DNA of 64,000 nt from Laetmonice hystrix (Eukaryota): assembly GCA_965235115.1 (NCBI GenBank), contig OZ249443.1, positions 2,418,001 to 2,482,000 of the forward strand, written 5' to 3'. This document shows, piece after piece, positions 1 through 10,340 of the stretch. Made by a program: the position numbers and the translations under genes. The notes beneath the pieces are model-generated. The model had not been told where the DNA came from and did no database searches. It worked only from the letters and a program-made list of their open reading frames with translations. Numbering within the stretch: the stretch's first letter is position 1; the number at the start of each line of letters is the position of its first letter.

Positions 1-1466
1 AGCAGAACACACCAAAAATATTTTGGAACAAAGAGAAACATCATGGTCTCTCATATAATGCAGGCAAGATGGACCTCTCAAGTGTGCTGCAACGTTTGCA
101 TTATACGTAAACCGAAGTTTGGGTTCCCAAAGCTCTCTTCAGTCTGGTGGATAGGCCTAGGCCTATTAGGTTTTATGAACGTCGGGAGGTTCGGAGAAAC
201 CAGACTTTCCACCTTATACGCTATACTCTGGGCAATAAAGGTGTCCCCAAAAATGCACAACCATATTTGTACACCTGTCACATTTGCGAGCTTCACATAA
301 GTTATAGAGAATCTTTTTTTCAAAAGTAATTGTCTTCATTTTATCCCAATTGGTCAATGCACTCATGAATTATGGTCAATATACGGTAGGCCTATAGTAG
401 GCCTATAGGCTAAGCCTACGTAGGGATATAGGCTACATTGACACCATTACAAATCTTTAAATACCATAAAGATAATATTTGAACACCAGTCACTAGTAAT
501 CTACGAACAACGGTCTTAGGGGCCGTCAAAAACAACTGTAGGCCTAACGCTCAGGGGGTGGGGAGGGGTCTTGGCCCATGAATGATGCCCCATCAAGGCT
601 CAGACTCTTGGCTCTAGTCTAGGCAGATCTCTATGTCCATGCGTTATTGTCCATTAATATAGCTCCACTGAAAAGCCGTAACAGACGGTGGGAGTGTCAG
701 ATTTTGGTCAGAATAGCGTTAGGCGTACGTAATTTATGAACGGCCCCTTTGACTTAGGGAAGTTAGGCCTAGACTCTATGCCTACCTGCAAATGTGCACC
801 GGAAGTCAACGTTGCGTGTGGCGTTGGAAACCCTAATTGCCTAGAGCCATGAAGTTGAACAACATGCCTGTACAGCCTGTAGGTCTGCCCATTTATCACC
901 ATCTATCGAATATAGAGGGATATATGGAGGGATGTACTTGAGCTGCCTTCAAAAGTTCGTCCAGACGGTGAGAAATTGTTCACAAAAGATCAGATTTACA
1001 GCACCACGAGTTGAAGCCACGCGAGTCCCAACATACGTCATACCGACCTGTTCCTGTTATCAACGGTAGATGGCGCTACGGACTAGCGGGTGTCTGACAG
1101 CGCCACACCGCGGCAAAGTAAGGAACCATCAGTGCTACATCACGAAGAATTTCGATGCAGAGTCGGGGGATCATATGGGCTACTACGATCTATCCTAGAT
1201 TTTACCACATTTTACGATTAAATGTAATTAGGTCCCTACTGCGAACTGAGTGACCTCCTCGGGTCTGTTCGCGGTGCATGGCTGCAGTGACAGATGGTAA
1301 AGAAAGGGGGGGGGGCAGGGGCGGATCCAAGATTTTGCAAGGGGGGGGGGTCGAATTTCGTTTCATTTTCTAATAGTCCCCCATATATCATGCGAGCGTC
1401 GAAGGCGCGAACCTTCGAGCGGGGGGTCTGGGAGCCCTCCCCCAGAGAAAATTGAAAATTAAAGTG

Positions 1467-2017
1467 CCCATTACAAAATTAAAGGCCAGACTGTGATAAA
1501 ATAGTTTATTGTGGAGGTAAAATGACACATTGCGCGCAGAACTGCGCCAGGCGTATGTACACTTAAAAATGGAACATGTAAAAAACTGTTAAGAGCCTAA
1601 GTAAAAGGTAGGAGGCCGTAAAAACTTGTTAAGAACCTAAGTAAAAGGTAGGAGTCCATAATATTCAGATAAATAGATTAAGGGTTGTGGTGGGTGGGTA
1701 AAAAGAAACCCGTGTGGGCTGTCCGATGCCTTCGGTGCAAGTGTTGAAACAGTGGACGGTGTCCGTATGCTGCCGCTCCGGCGACACGTGACCTTGTCAC
1801 GTGATAGTGTGTGGTTTTGGCCGTTTGTAATGTCCCGCGATTACATATCATCATGCAATTGCAGGCCCCATTACAAAATTAAAGGCCAGACTGTGATAAA
1901 ATAGTTTATTGTGGAGGTAAAATGACACATTGCGCGCAGAACTGCGCCAGGCGTATGTACACTTAAAAATGGAACATGTAAAAAACTGTTAAGAGCCTAA
2001 GTAAAAGGTAGGAGGCC
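1467..2017 (-). repeat. 3' split-direct-repeat block B1-A2-spacer-B2 of the Ngaro element
   Basis: The 151-bp B repeat at 1467-1617 equals 1867-2017 (offset 400, no mismatch seen). The 168-bp A2 at 1701-1868 equals A1. B carries minus-strand AATAAA (plus tttatt near 1505 and 1905). The spacer has an imperfect extra copy of the B end (1619-1657). Confidence 0.95.
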
Positions 2018-2029
2018 AAACCGTAGGTA

Positions 2030-3942
2030 TTATAAATTTTGAAAGGCTTTGTGGACGGACGTCTGCTGCATTACATGTGGGCGGATATAGTTCCTAACTG
2101 CCTCCGTCCTCCAGGTGCCATGGCTCATTACGTCCTGTATGTTGGCCCCGCCATGGAAGGCATAGGACGCACCCCCACGGCGTAGGCTGTGGAGGGAGAT
2201 GTGCGCGGGATCTTGTCCCACCCTCGTCAACAGGTCTGCCCATAGGAGATTTCATGTTTACAAACATGGGGGTGATTCGCGCATGCGCATGACTGGCGCC
2301 ATGACTCTGGCTGGCAGAAAGTACACACCAGCAGCTGTGTTTACTACCACTGACCACAGAGTCCGTCGGAAACTATGCTGCAATCATGGATAATAACTGG
2401 TCCGTGTACGTTCTAAACCTAGATAGGCTACAGACACTAAAGAGCGATGTAAAGCCAAACTTCAGTATGATGGCAGTTTGATTTTTAACTGACCCGTATT
2501 TCGACAAAGAAGGGTGGACTCGGGCCAGTCGGGCCCAGTCAGCCCGCGAGCCGTCACAGCTTCTTGACCGCCCGGCCCCCAGTGTTAGTTGACCCGGTTG
2601 CACTCTACCGACGAGCCGTACTGAGAGCGCTGGTTGGCATGCTCTCTTTCACTTTCAGTTTATACGTATGTAGTTTCTCATGTTTTTTTAAAAAATGAAT
2701 CCCTAACATTTTGTTGCATGGGACTGGGGAAACTTTTTTGACGAATAGACAGATGGAGGTAAAATACCCCCCCCCCCGTCATCTAAATTTGGGTAAAAAA
2801 GGGGAAGGTAACCACCAGAACACAAGCACGCGTGTCGGTGTACCCAGGTCCCGGCGTTCACGCAGCCACCCCCGGCACCGTGCATGCTTACACCCGTGGC
2901 CTGGGGCCCGTTGCATAAAAAAATCCCCGCCCGCTCCGTAAACCACCCAGACCTGATCTGTCCAGCCTTCCTTGACCTCGCTAATAGTGCTTAGTATGTA
3001 TACTGTGCAGGATACAACCATATTTGGTTGTTCTTCGAAAAACGTGCATAAACAGACAAAATACGGAGAAGAATCTGTATTGTTTACAGTGCATCACTGG
3101 CTCCATTGTTGACTTTCTGCCAGCCAGAGCGCTGTAGGTGGTTACGTAACCACCCCCGCTATCGGAAGTGACGTAGTGCCTGAAACCTCCTATTGGCGAG
3201 CGATGAAGGGGACGGTCATGGTATTCCCGTCCTGATACTGCAGCAGGGGCTGGTCCATGGCCCGGGTCGGCGATACCTGTAACAGGTCATTGTAGGCTTT
3301 GAGCGGGCAGAGGGGCGAGCCAGGAATCGCCACCAGATATACCGTGGTCGGAGTAGCTGATGTTTGCATCGTCTTCGACCACTTTAATGAGAGCAACAGG
3401 CCATGTGATTGGACCTCAATATCACCACGTGTCAGGTGGCGGGTAGCATCAAAGGCAGCTACAGACTTTGGGGCTATGTTGCTCTGCCGGACAAAGCCAC
3501 AGAACATAACAAGTAGGGCGAAACGGATTCTCCGGGGATATTGCAGGCAACGAATATGTTCCAAGCACCGCTTGAGTAGGTCCGGGGATACCGGGCGCTT
3601 GGCCCGCGGGGTGTGCCTAATGGTCAGTTCCAGGCCTCTAACCGCAGTCGCCACTTGCGCTGAGTTAAGCGCCGACGCAGGGAGGCCCGCCAATCGGAAG
3701 TAGGTCCTAAGGTGGGCCATGTGGTTCCTTATAGTGCCCGGCGTCAGTGAGTGCCGCGCCAGATATTCCAGGTACCAACATATATGGTAAGGCTGCGGGG
3801 CATCATATGCGATGTCAATCCTGACGCAGAACGCGACGTATAATCGGATCGCGCTCCGTCGATTAGCTGTCGTCCCTGGTCTGTGGGCCTGCCGCTGTCT
3901 GGACGTGGCTGCCCGGGCCAGGGTTGCAGTAAACGCATCTGT
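2030..3942 (-). pseudogene. Tyrosine recombinase of the Ngaro element, interrupted by a 948-bp TIR element
   Basis: N-part GFVRQSN (catalytic R) and KWSKT (K). C-part HSLRRGG (HxxR), HGTW and RNY (catalytic Y). Removing 2244-3191 plus one AT restores ...FIARQ-WADLLTRVGQD..., a continuous 321-codon frame. Confidence 0.92.
2244..3191. mobile_element. 948-bp non-autonomous TIR element with AT target-site duplication (ISL2EU/PHIS-like)
   Basis: TIR AGGAGATTTCA / TGAAACCTCCT (11 bp, 1 mismatch). AT on both sides (2242-2243, 3192-3193). Perfect 18-bp subterminal inverted repeat CTCTGGCTGGCAGAAAGT (2305-2322 / 3112-3129). No transposase ORF. Superfamily is inferred from the AT TSD. Confidence 0.85.
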
Positions 3943-5910
3943 TCAGAGAAAGGCAGAAAATGAGAACAGAGCATCGTCAACAGCGACATGTTTTAAGTTC
4001 ATTTGTATTACAAAGTTGTCAGCTAATGTTCTGGATTCATCTGATATGGTGACTCGGCTCAGGGCGTCAGCCACTACCATTTCTTTTCCCGGGATATGGC
4101 AGAACTCATACGACACTTGCTGTCGAGCAGAGTTGTACCAGACCGCCCGGGCGCAGGCCGCCAGGATGGGGTCCCGGGCACGCCCGAAGCGGAAGGCCTC
4201 GACGCTGGACTGGTTGTCACACATTATCTGAATGACGCCCCCCGCGTCCGACTTGCTTGTAAAGACCCTGGCGGCGGCCAGGCAGTTTATAGCTTCCAAG
4301 TGAGTTATATGGTGAGCCGCCCTCATTGCGTCGGGGAAGCGATATGCATAGTAGCGTGTGCCATCAGTGGCGCCACCACCTTGGAGGCTGGCATCCCCCC
4401 AGATGCGCCGGACAACAGTGCCTGTGGGGATAATCGCCTTGCCGTTGTAGGTTGGGAGGAAGCGGGCAAACCACGCGAGGTCTGCCTTCATTCCTGTATT
4501 AACCACGATTGTGTCGCCCTCTGCCGCTCTGAGTGCGGCCAGTAGTCTTCCAATAAAAAGTCGAGCAGGCTGGACGACTTTTGCCAGCTGGTTGACCAGG
4601 CCGACTATTCTCTGTAACTGTTTAACGGTAACAGTTTTCTTTAGTGATGATTGGGCCAAACAGTACTGTATTTGTTGTAGTTTAGGTTCTGGAATCGTCA
4701 GTAGATTTGTTTCTGGTATCTATATTAATACCCAACCATTTAACCGCGGTGAACGGAGGCTGAAACTTGTTGACCGCGATCTTCAGTCCGAGTTAAGGCA
4801 GCAGTTCGATTGCTTGTTCGTAGTGTTGATTCGCCTCCCGATGTGGTGACAGGAGGATTAAATCGTCCAGGTACATATGTCCCGTAATGCCTTTCTGAGC
4901 CAAGGCTCTAATAATAAATTCGGCCACCTTCTGCATGACATAGGACGACATCCTAGCCCCGAACGGTACAGCTTTATCAAAGTAATATGCCCCTTCGTGT
5001 TCCAGTACGAGAAGAGGCCAGTCCAGGGGACATACTGAAAAATGTCTGTATGCGCGGCTAAGGTCAATTACTGCCATTTTGACCCTGTGGCGACCCATTT
5101 TGTTTATTGTGTCAACAGCTGTCGGGACTGAGGGCAGGCTGTGCTGTACCTGTTGTCCGTTGAACATGTGCTTGTTTATGTTTTCATTAATCCCACCTTC
5201 TGGGTAGGAGAGATCTACGATGACCCTGCGCTGAGATGGGTCACTTTTTTCACGGGTCATCATTGGGCTGACTTTACACCAGGGCACAAATGGTGGAGTG
5301 CGATATGGTCCGCTTATGGCCCCATGTTGGAGTTCAATATTAATGTATTCGGTCACGTGGTCTGTATGGTGGGTAGCTGAGGGATGGTTATATGTCGTTT
5401 GTGCGTTGTACATTGGGCCACCATCATACTGCAGGGGGAATCCAAATTTAATTCCCTCGATTACCATTTGGTCATCATCGTGGCCTGTGGCGAGTTCTTC
5501 CCATTTATCTATGTTGAGAGCTGACGGGATCTTAAGTCTTGCTCCTTTGTAGTTCGGGACGCCGGTTGCCCTAACGGTGTCATATATGTGAGCGGTACAG
5601 TGGTCAACAAACATGGATGGGAATGGCCAATTTGCGTAGTTATTACCGTTATCACAGGGATTATTATGGTAGTCACTATCAGTGGGGCCAGGTAGCTCAT
5701 TTGCAACTAGGTCAAGTATGCTATCGAGGTAATGGGGGTCTTCTCTTCGAGGGTAGGGGTGGATGTGTGGGTATCCAATGTTTATTAAAAACCCGGGTAA
5801 CACTAAGCTTACACCGTCTGCATCTGTGGCTGGGTCCGAGTCATGTGACCTGCTTGGTGTCACATGGCCCTCTGGCGGCTGATCGTGTGGCAATATGTCT
5901 CGTGGTTGTC

Positions 5911-6526
5911 TAGCTGTCGACTCTAGGCGACTGGCGGGTTGTAGAACCCGCTTAGTGGTGTGACCGAGCCTGGGCTCAGTGTGACCGACGACGTTGAGGG
6001 CAGTGTCTGTGGTGGACACCAGCTGCTGTCTGGAGTGCGCGTCTCTAGCTGTCGACTCTGGGCGACTGGCGGGTTGTAGAACCCGCTTAGTGGTGTGACC
6101 GAGCCTGGGCTCAGTGTGACCGACGACGTTGAGGGCAGTGTCTGTGGTGGACACCGGCTGCTGTCTGGAGTGCGCGTCTCTAGCTGTCGACTCTGGGCGA
6201 CTGGCGGGTTGTAGAACCCGCTTAGTGGTGTGACCGAGCCTGGGCTCAGTGTGACCGACGACGTTGAGGGCAGTGTCTGTGGTGGACACCGGCTGCTGTA
6301 TGGAGTGTAGTTCTCTGGCTGTCGACTCTGGGCGACTGGCGGGTTGTGGAACCCGCTTAATGGTGTGACCGAGCCTGGGCTCAGTGTGACCGATGACGTT
6401 GCGGGCAGTGTCTGTGGTGGACACCGGCTGCTGTATGGACTGTAGATCTCGGACTGTCGACTCTGGGCGACTGGCGGGTTGTAGAGCCCGCTTAGTGGTG
6501 TGACCGAGCCTGGGCTCGGTGTAACC
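5911..6526 (-). repeat. 135-bp tandem repeat (~4.6 copies) encoding 45-aa repeats at the Pol N-terminus
   Basis: ctgtcgactct recurs at 5914, 6049, 6184, 6319 and 6454. Peptide GHTEPRLGHTTKRVLQPASRPESTARDAHSRQQPVSTTDTALNVV. Confidence 0.95.
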
Positions 6527-6553
6527 GGTGGCATTATTATTATGTTTCTTACG

Positions 6554-6598
6554 GCGCGCCTGCGAAGAGTGTTCGGCAGGCACGCAGCTTAGTTTTTT
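6554..6598 (-). promoter_or_regulatory. Candidate -1 programmed ribosomal frameshift signal (gag to pol)
   Basis: A_AAA_AAC heptamer (6598-6592) directly before the gag TAA. A 6-nt spacer, then hairpin GCGTGCCTGC...GCAGGCGCGC (6585-6554). The -1 frame is the RT frame. Confidence 0.72.
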
Positions 6599-7815
6599 GG
6601 TCTGCCGTTTTCATTCCCCCACTGTCCCTTGCGTTCCCGGTCAGTCCACTGAGAGTTTCGGGCGTGGGCGTGTTCAGGCTGCCTGGCCATGAGCCGCTTT
6701 TTACGATTACAGTGTTTTGCAGAGTGGTTGCACTCTTGTCCCACTCCATAGAAACATACGGCACAGTAGTGTGTCATGTGGAGGGCGCCCTCCACATGCC
6801 CGTGTGGTTCCTGACAGCCGTCGTCATTAAATGCAGGGCAGGGGGTGTCCTTTACATCATCTCGGCGGCCTTGCAGCCAAGAAAGTCTCATGCGCTCAGA
6901 AGCGAAAAGGCTACGGTCATGCCAGGTTGCTTGACCGTCGCGGACATAGTCCATGCACGTGTGTGACCAACCTCTGACTGCCCGCCACGCTAGGGTGGCC
7001 GCGTCCTCAGCTACCTGTGACAGGTGAGTGACCATAGCACCGGCCTCACTGTGGGGGTCTAACTGTGACTCTAACATTCGTGTGTAGCCGCACACGTACT
7101 CTGCTAACGTTATGTCTGTGCCAGCTTTCCTAGACTTAACCCTTTTCTTCATATCAGGGGGTAGATATTTATGTGGGCGTGTAAGTTGGCTGAATGGGAG
7201 GCTATTCCTACCTGTGGGTGCTCCCACTGTCGGGTACTGACGTGCCAGGGCTTGGTCCCCCAGTCGGCGGGCGTGAGGGTTGTCCATGATGTCCCGTGGG
7301 TCCAGGTCATATTCACTTTCGTCGTCGTCGGTATTGACCGAGGAGTCCGTTGTCCGGCGTCGCCTTATTCTGCCTGAATTGGTTTGGGCCGGTGTACGGC
7401 ATTGGGCAGGCTGTGACTGGCTGGTAGATGGTGCTTGGCTAGTGGTGGGCCTGTCCTGCGTTGGGGCCGGTGTGCGGCATTGGGCAGGCTGTGACCGGCT
7501 GGTGGGTGGTGCTTGGCTAGTGGTTGGCCTGTCCTGCGTCTGGTTTGGCCGGACCTCAGGTAGGCGGGCGTTGACCGTGTCGCACAGGCTCGTTAGCATG
7601 CGCTCCAGCGCCTGAACGCGGGTTTCTACCTGGGAGAGTTGGCTTGCCTTTGGCGCCTTCTTTTTTCCCGGCGTCGTAGTCGTTGCAGACGGCGAATATT
7701 GAGGAATGTTTTCTGCTCGTGCGTCTAATTCCAGGCCGTCGCCACTTTCTTCGGGCCGGTCGGTTTCGGTCTGCGCCGTTGCCATAGTTTGCTGGCGAGT
7801 TGCCCTGCCCGTCAT
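6589..7815 (-). CDS. Gag-like ORF1 of the Ngaro element (408 aa from the first ATG at 7815)
   Basis: Open frame 7932-6589. Low-complexity S/T/Q/P N-terminus. C-terminal Cys/His knuckle region CPAFNDDGC...H...HYCAVC...HSAKHC, typical of DIRS-order Gag. Confidence 0.85.
   Translation of the reverse strand: MTGRATRQQTMATAQTETDRPEESGDGLELDARAENIPQYSPSATTTTPGKKKAPKASQLSQVETRVQALERMLTSLCDTVNARLPEVRPNQTQDRPTTSQAPPTSRSQPAQCRTPAPTQDRPTTSQAPSTSQSQPAQCRTPAQTNSGRIRRRRTTDSSVNTDDDESEYDLDPRDIMDNPHARRLGDQALARQYPTVGAPTGRNSLPFSQLTRPHKYLPPDMKKRVKSRKAGTDITLAEYVCGYTRMLESQLDPHSEAGAMVTHLSQVAEDAATLAWRAVRGWSHTCMDYVRDGQATWHDRSLFASERMRLSWLQGRRDDVKDTPCPAFNDDGCQEPHGHVEGALHMTHYCAVCFYGVGQECNHSAKHCNRKKRLMARQPEHAHARNSQWTDRERKGQWGNENGRPKN
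7386..7539 (-). repeat. 78-bp (26-aa) in-frame duplication within gag
   Basis: QDRPTTSQAP(P/S)TS(R/Q)SQPAQCRTPA occurs twice; DNA offset 78. Confidence 0.9.
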
Positions 7816-7845
7816 GATTCGAAGTGTTCGTCGTGTAAGGCCTGT

Positions 7846-8013
7846 AAAAGAAACCCGTGTGGGCTGTCCGATGCCTTCGGTGCAAGTGTTGAAACAGTGG
7901 ACGGTGTCCGTATGCTGCCGCTCCGGCGACACGTGACCTTGTCACGTGATAGTGTGTGGTTTTGGCCGTTTGTAATGTCCCGCGATTACATATCATCATG
8001 CAATTGCAGGCCC
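7846..8013 (-). repeat. 5' split direct repeat A1 of the Ngaro element
   Basis: Identical to 1701-1868 (offset 6145), from aaaagaaacccgtg to gcaattgcaggccc. Confidence 0.95.
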
Positions 8014-8566
8014 AAATACCCGTTTTCCTGGCATCTGGGAACAAAATCAAAGGCATACGGGCATTAGGCACTCTATTTATTTTTTTTATATTTTTTGAGT
8101 TGGGGGGGGGTTCGTACGAACCATTCGAACCCCCCTGGATCCGCCCCTGGGGGGGGGGGGGGGGTCCAACACATGATCAAGTAAGGAAAACGTAGACTGA
8201 GTTGGTTTTTTTTTGCGTGATATGCCGTTTATTACAGTAGACATGCAGTTCTATCATGGAATACAGATTCCTCATAATACTGTGACGACTGCTACTCTGG
8301 TCTAGATGTGTGGGGAACCATACACAAGTATAATGCATCTCTATATCTAAAATATACGTCCTCTTCTCTAAAATAGATGGCCCGAGGCGCCCTCTATCGG
8401 TGTACAATGACATTAACTCATGACGCATGCGTACGGGTCTGTAAAGGCTATGCATCAATCAACAGGTTATGTTTGTGCTTACATTCTATGATACAGATAT
8501 GTGTACTGATATTCCTCCCTATACACATGGATCACAATCGACACATTCTCATCACCTTCTATCGGT

Positions 8567-8662
8567 AATCACTATGGCAACACGTCACCATGGGATACAA
8601 TCACTATGGCAACACGTCACCATGGGATACAATCACTATGGCAACACGTCACCATGGGATAC
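8567..8662. repeat. 32-bp minisatellite, 3 copies
   Basis: aatcactatggcaacacgtcaccatgggatac at 8567, 8599 and 8631. Confidence 0.95.
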
Positions 8663-9956
8663 TTCCTAACACTTGAAACGTGTCAATACAAATATTTATA
8701 GACACATACGAATACGCCCCATGCACACACCCCTACAAACATTATTGGTTCGCCTTTAGGTTAACGCTATCTAAGGTCAGGCCGGGGTCAAAATATTAAT
8801 GAACCCCTCGAGCCTTCTACACAGTAGTTGTCTCGCGCATTAAGTACAGATCCTCGGTCACCGGGCGTTCCTATTGGAGTACCCAGAACGAGGCTAAATG
8901 GCTTAGGACGTGTTCTTAAACTACAGGATATTTTAACATCGTACTCTGTAGAATCTATACGTAGACGTCAGCGTTCGTGTAGAATCTATACGTAGACGTC
9001 AGCGTTCGAACGTTATTACAGATCAGGCCATGAAGGTCACTCTCACATGACCTTCGCAGCTGCTGAGGTTATTTCTTTTCCATATGTTTTCGTTGTTAGG
9101 GCTCATGACAACTGCCTCAAACTCACTTAAGACACGGGTCACAGGTTCTTTTCATCACTGTCGCGTTTCACGATACCATAACTCCAGCTATGACGTCACA
9201 TCATAAGCAACGTCGACGATGTGATGTGTTTAACATGTATAGCTTTAGTGGAACTCTTCAGCGACTTGCCATCATACAACACGTGGACAAAACCACTTAC
9301 TCTTAATGCTGGACACTTAAAATAGCCCAATTCGTTCTCTTCCTCCTAAATTCGAGTAGAATTTTGTCGCAACTCTGAATTTCAATATCCCACCAGACGG
9401 CACTGAAAGTCTGGGCGGGAACCGGTCCAAGACCTTGTGTTACCTTCACCAGCGCCCTCTGGTGAGTAACACAGACATTAGAATTGGTTATCACTCGATA
9501 ACAACCTGAACAACATGACGCAACAAGAACATGTGTTCTCCCGTCTACAGATAACACTCACGACTTTACATACGACCTCCCAACACTCACGACTTTACAT
9601 ACGACCTCCAACAAACGACCTGTCAACATACGTCATATTACAAAACGACAAACACTGCGTTCTCATAGCAACACCGCTAACATGGTTCGGTAGTCAACCA
9701 CAACAGTTATCACGTGATCAACCCTTAGAAACAAGCTTGTCATCCAGTCGGCAGCTCTAGCCTAAATGTTGACAGACTATATAAAGGACTGTGTCCGACG
9801 ACCATACTGCTGACATTCATTTATTGCCTCCCCAGTAGAATCAGAGTGTTTCTCTATATTATCTTTGCATGATATCATACGGCCATCATTGGCCTGCGAT
9901 CATTGGATAGGACTTCATAATCCTTGTTATTCCCACATCGTAAACTTCACTTTTCC

Positions 9957-10193
9957 CAGTGGTGGATCCAGGATTTCATGAAAGTGTGGGGGGGGGGGGG
10001 ATTTTCTTTTCAGGAACGCCGGAGACGTGTTTTCTGAACATAATTATAGAGTAGAAATTTCTCCCAAATCTTTCAACGAAATTCCATTATTTTTATACAT
10101 GAAACATAGAAAATAGGGAAGCGTTTGGAAAATTGGAGGGGCCAGGGCCGGGTACCCCCCCCCCCCCCCTCCCCTCCCCCGAATCCGCCACTG
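9957..10193. mobile_element. MITE with CAGTGG(T/C)GGAT TIRs
   Basis: CAGTGGTGGATCC (9957) / GAATCCGCCACTG (10181-10193). Poly-G and poly-C subterminal tracts. No clean TSD. Confidence 0.6.
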
Positions 10194-10340
10194 ATTCCTA
10201 TTCCCAAACCTAAACCATAGCTCCTAACGTTGGTATACTACGACGGGGAATAACCCCCCCCCCCTCCTAAGGTGATAACCGCTTCGTATTGACAGCTCAT
10301 GTTGATATGCATCAGGGTCAATCTGACAGAAACTTTAAAA

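Larger units (their letters stand above)
3943..6610 (-). pseudogene. Pol (reverse transcriptase + RNase H) of the Ngaro element, with one nonsense codon and one frameshift
   Basis: RT motifs RVIVDLS, IDLSRAYRHF, PFGARMS, YLDDLIL. In-frame TAA at 4793-4795, after which the frame continues LGLKIAVNKFQPPFTAVKWLGINIDT. A 1-bp frameshift near 4706-4713 leads into LLTIPEPKLQQ. RNase H motifs GDAS, HITHLEA, CDNQS, HIPGKEMVVADALSR. TGA at 3943-3945. Confidence 0.9.
1467..8013 (-). mobile_element. Full-length Ngaro-type (DIRS order) tyrosine-recombinase retrotransposon, currently disabled
   Basis: ORF order gag, RT/RNase H, YR. Split direct repeats A1 (7846-8013) ... B1 (1867-2017), A2 (1701-1868), B2 (1467-1617). 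There is no methyltransferase domain after RNase H, which fits Ngaro rather than DIRS/PAT. There is no LTR or conventional TSD. Confidence 0.92.
1316..8149. mobile_element. ~290-bp hAT-like MITE split in two (1316-1467 and 8013-8149) by the Ngaro insertion
   Basis: Perfect 14-bp TIR CAGGGGCGGATCCA (1316-1329) / TGGATCCGCCCCTG (8136-8149). Both flanks are poly-G, compatible with a TSD in a G run. The halves rejoin as ...aaattaaagtgcc|aaatacccgttttcctgg.... CAG termini suggest hAT (inference). Confidence 0.8.

Noticed and set aside
518-748. Small MITE with AGGGGCCG termini
   Set aside because: The inverted match is only ~9 bp and there is no TSD, too weak to call.
1467-2017. Direct repeats as LTRs of a Ty3/Gypsy or BEL element
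   Set aside because: The A...B-A-B topology, absence of TG...CA ends, TSD and DDE integrase, and presence of a tyrosine recombinase identify split direct repeats.
3299-4849. Plus-strand ORFs of 112-149 aa overlapping the Ngaro genes
   Set aside because: They are antisense shadows of GC-rich coding sequence with no motifs.
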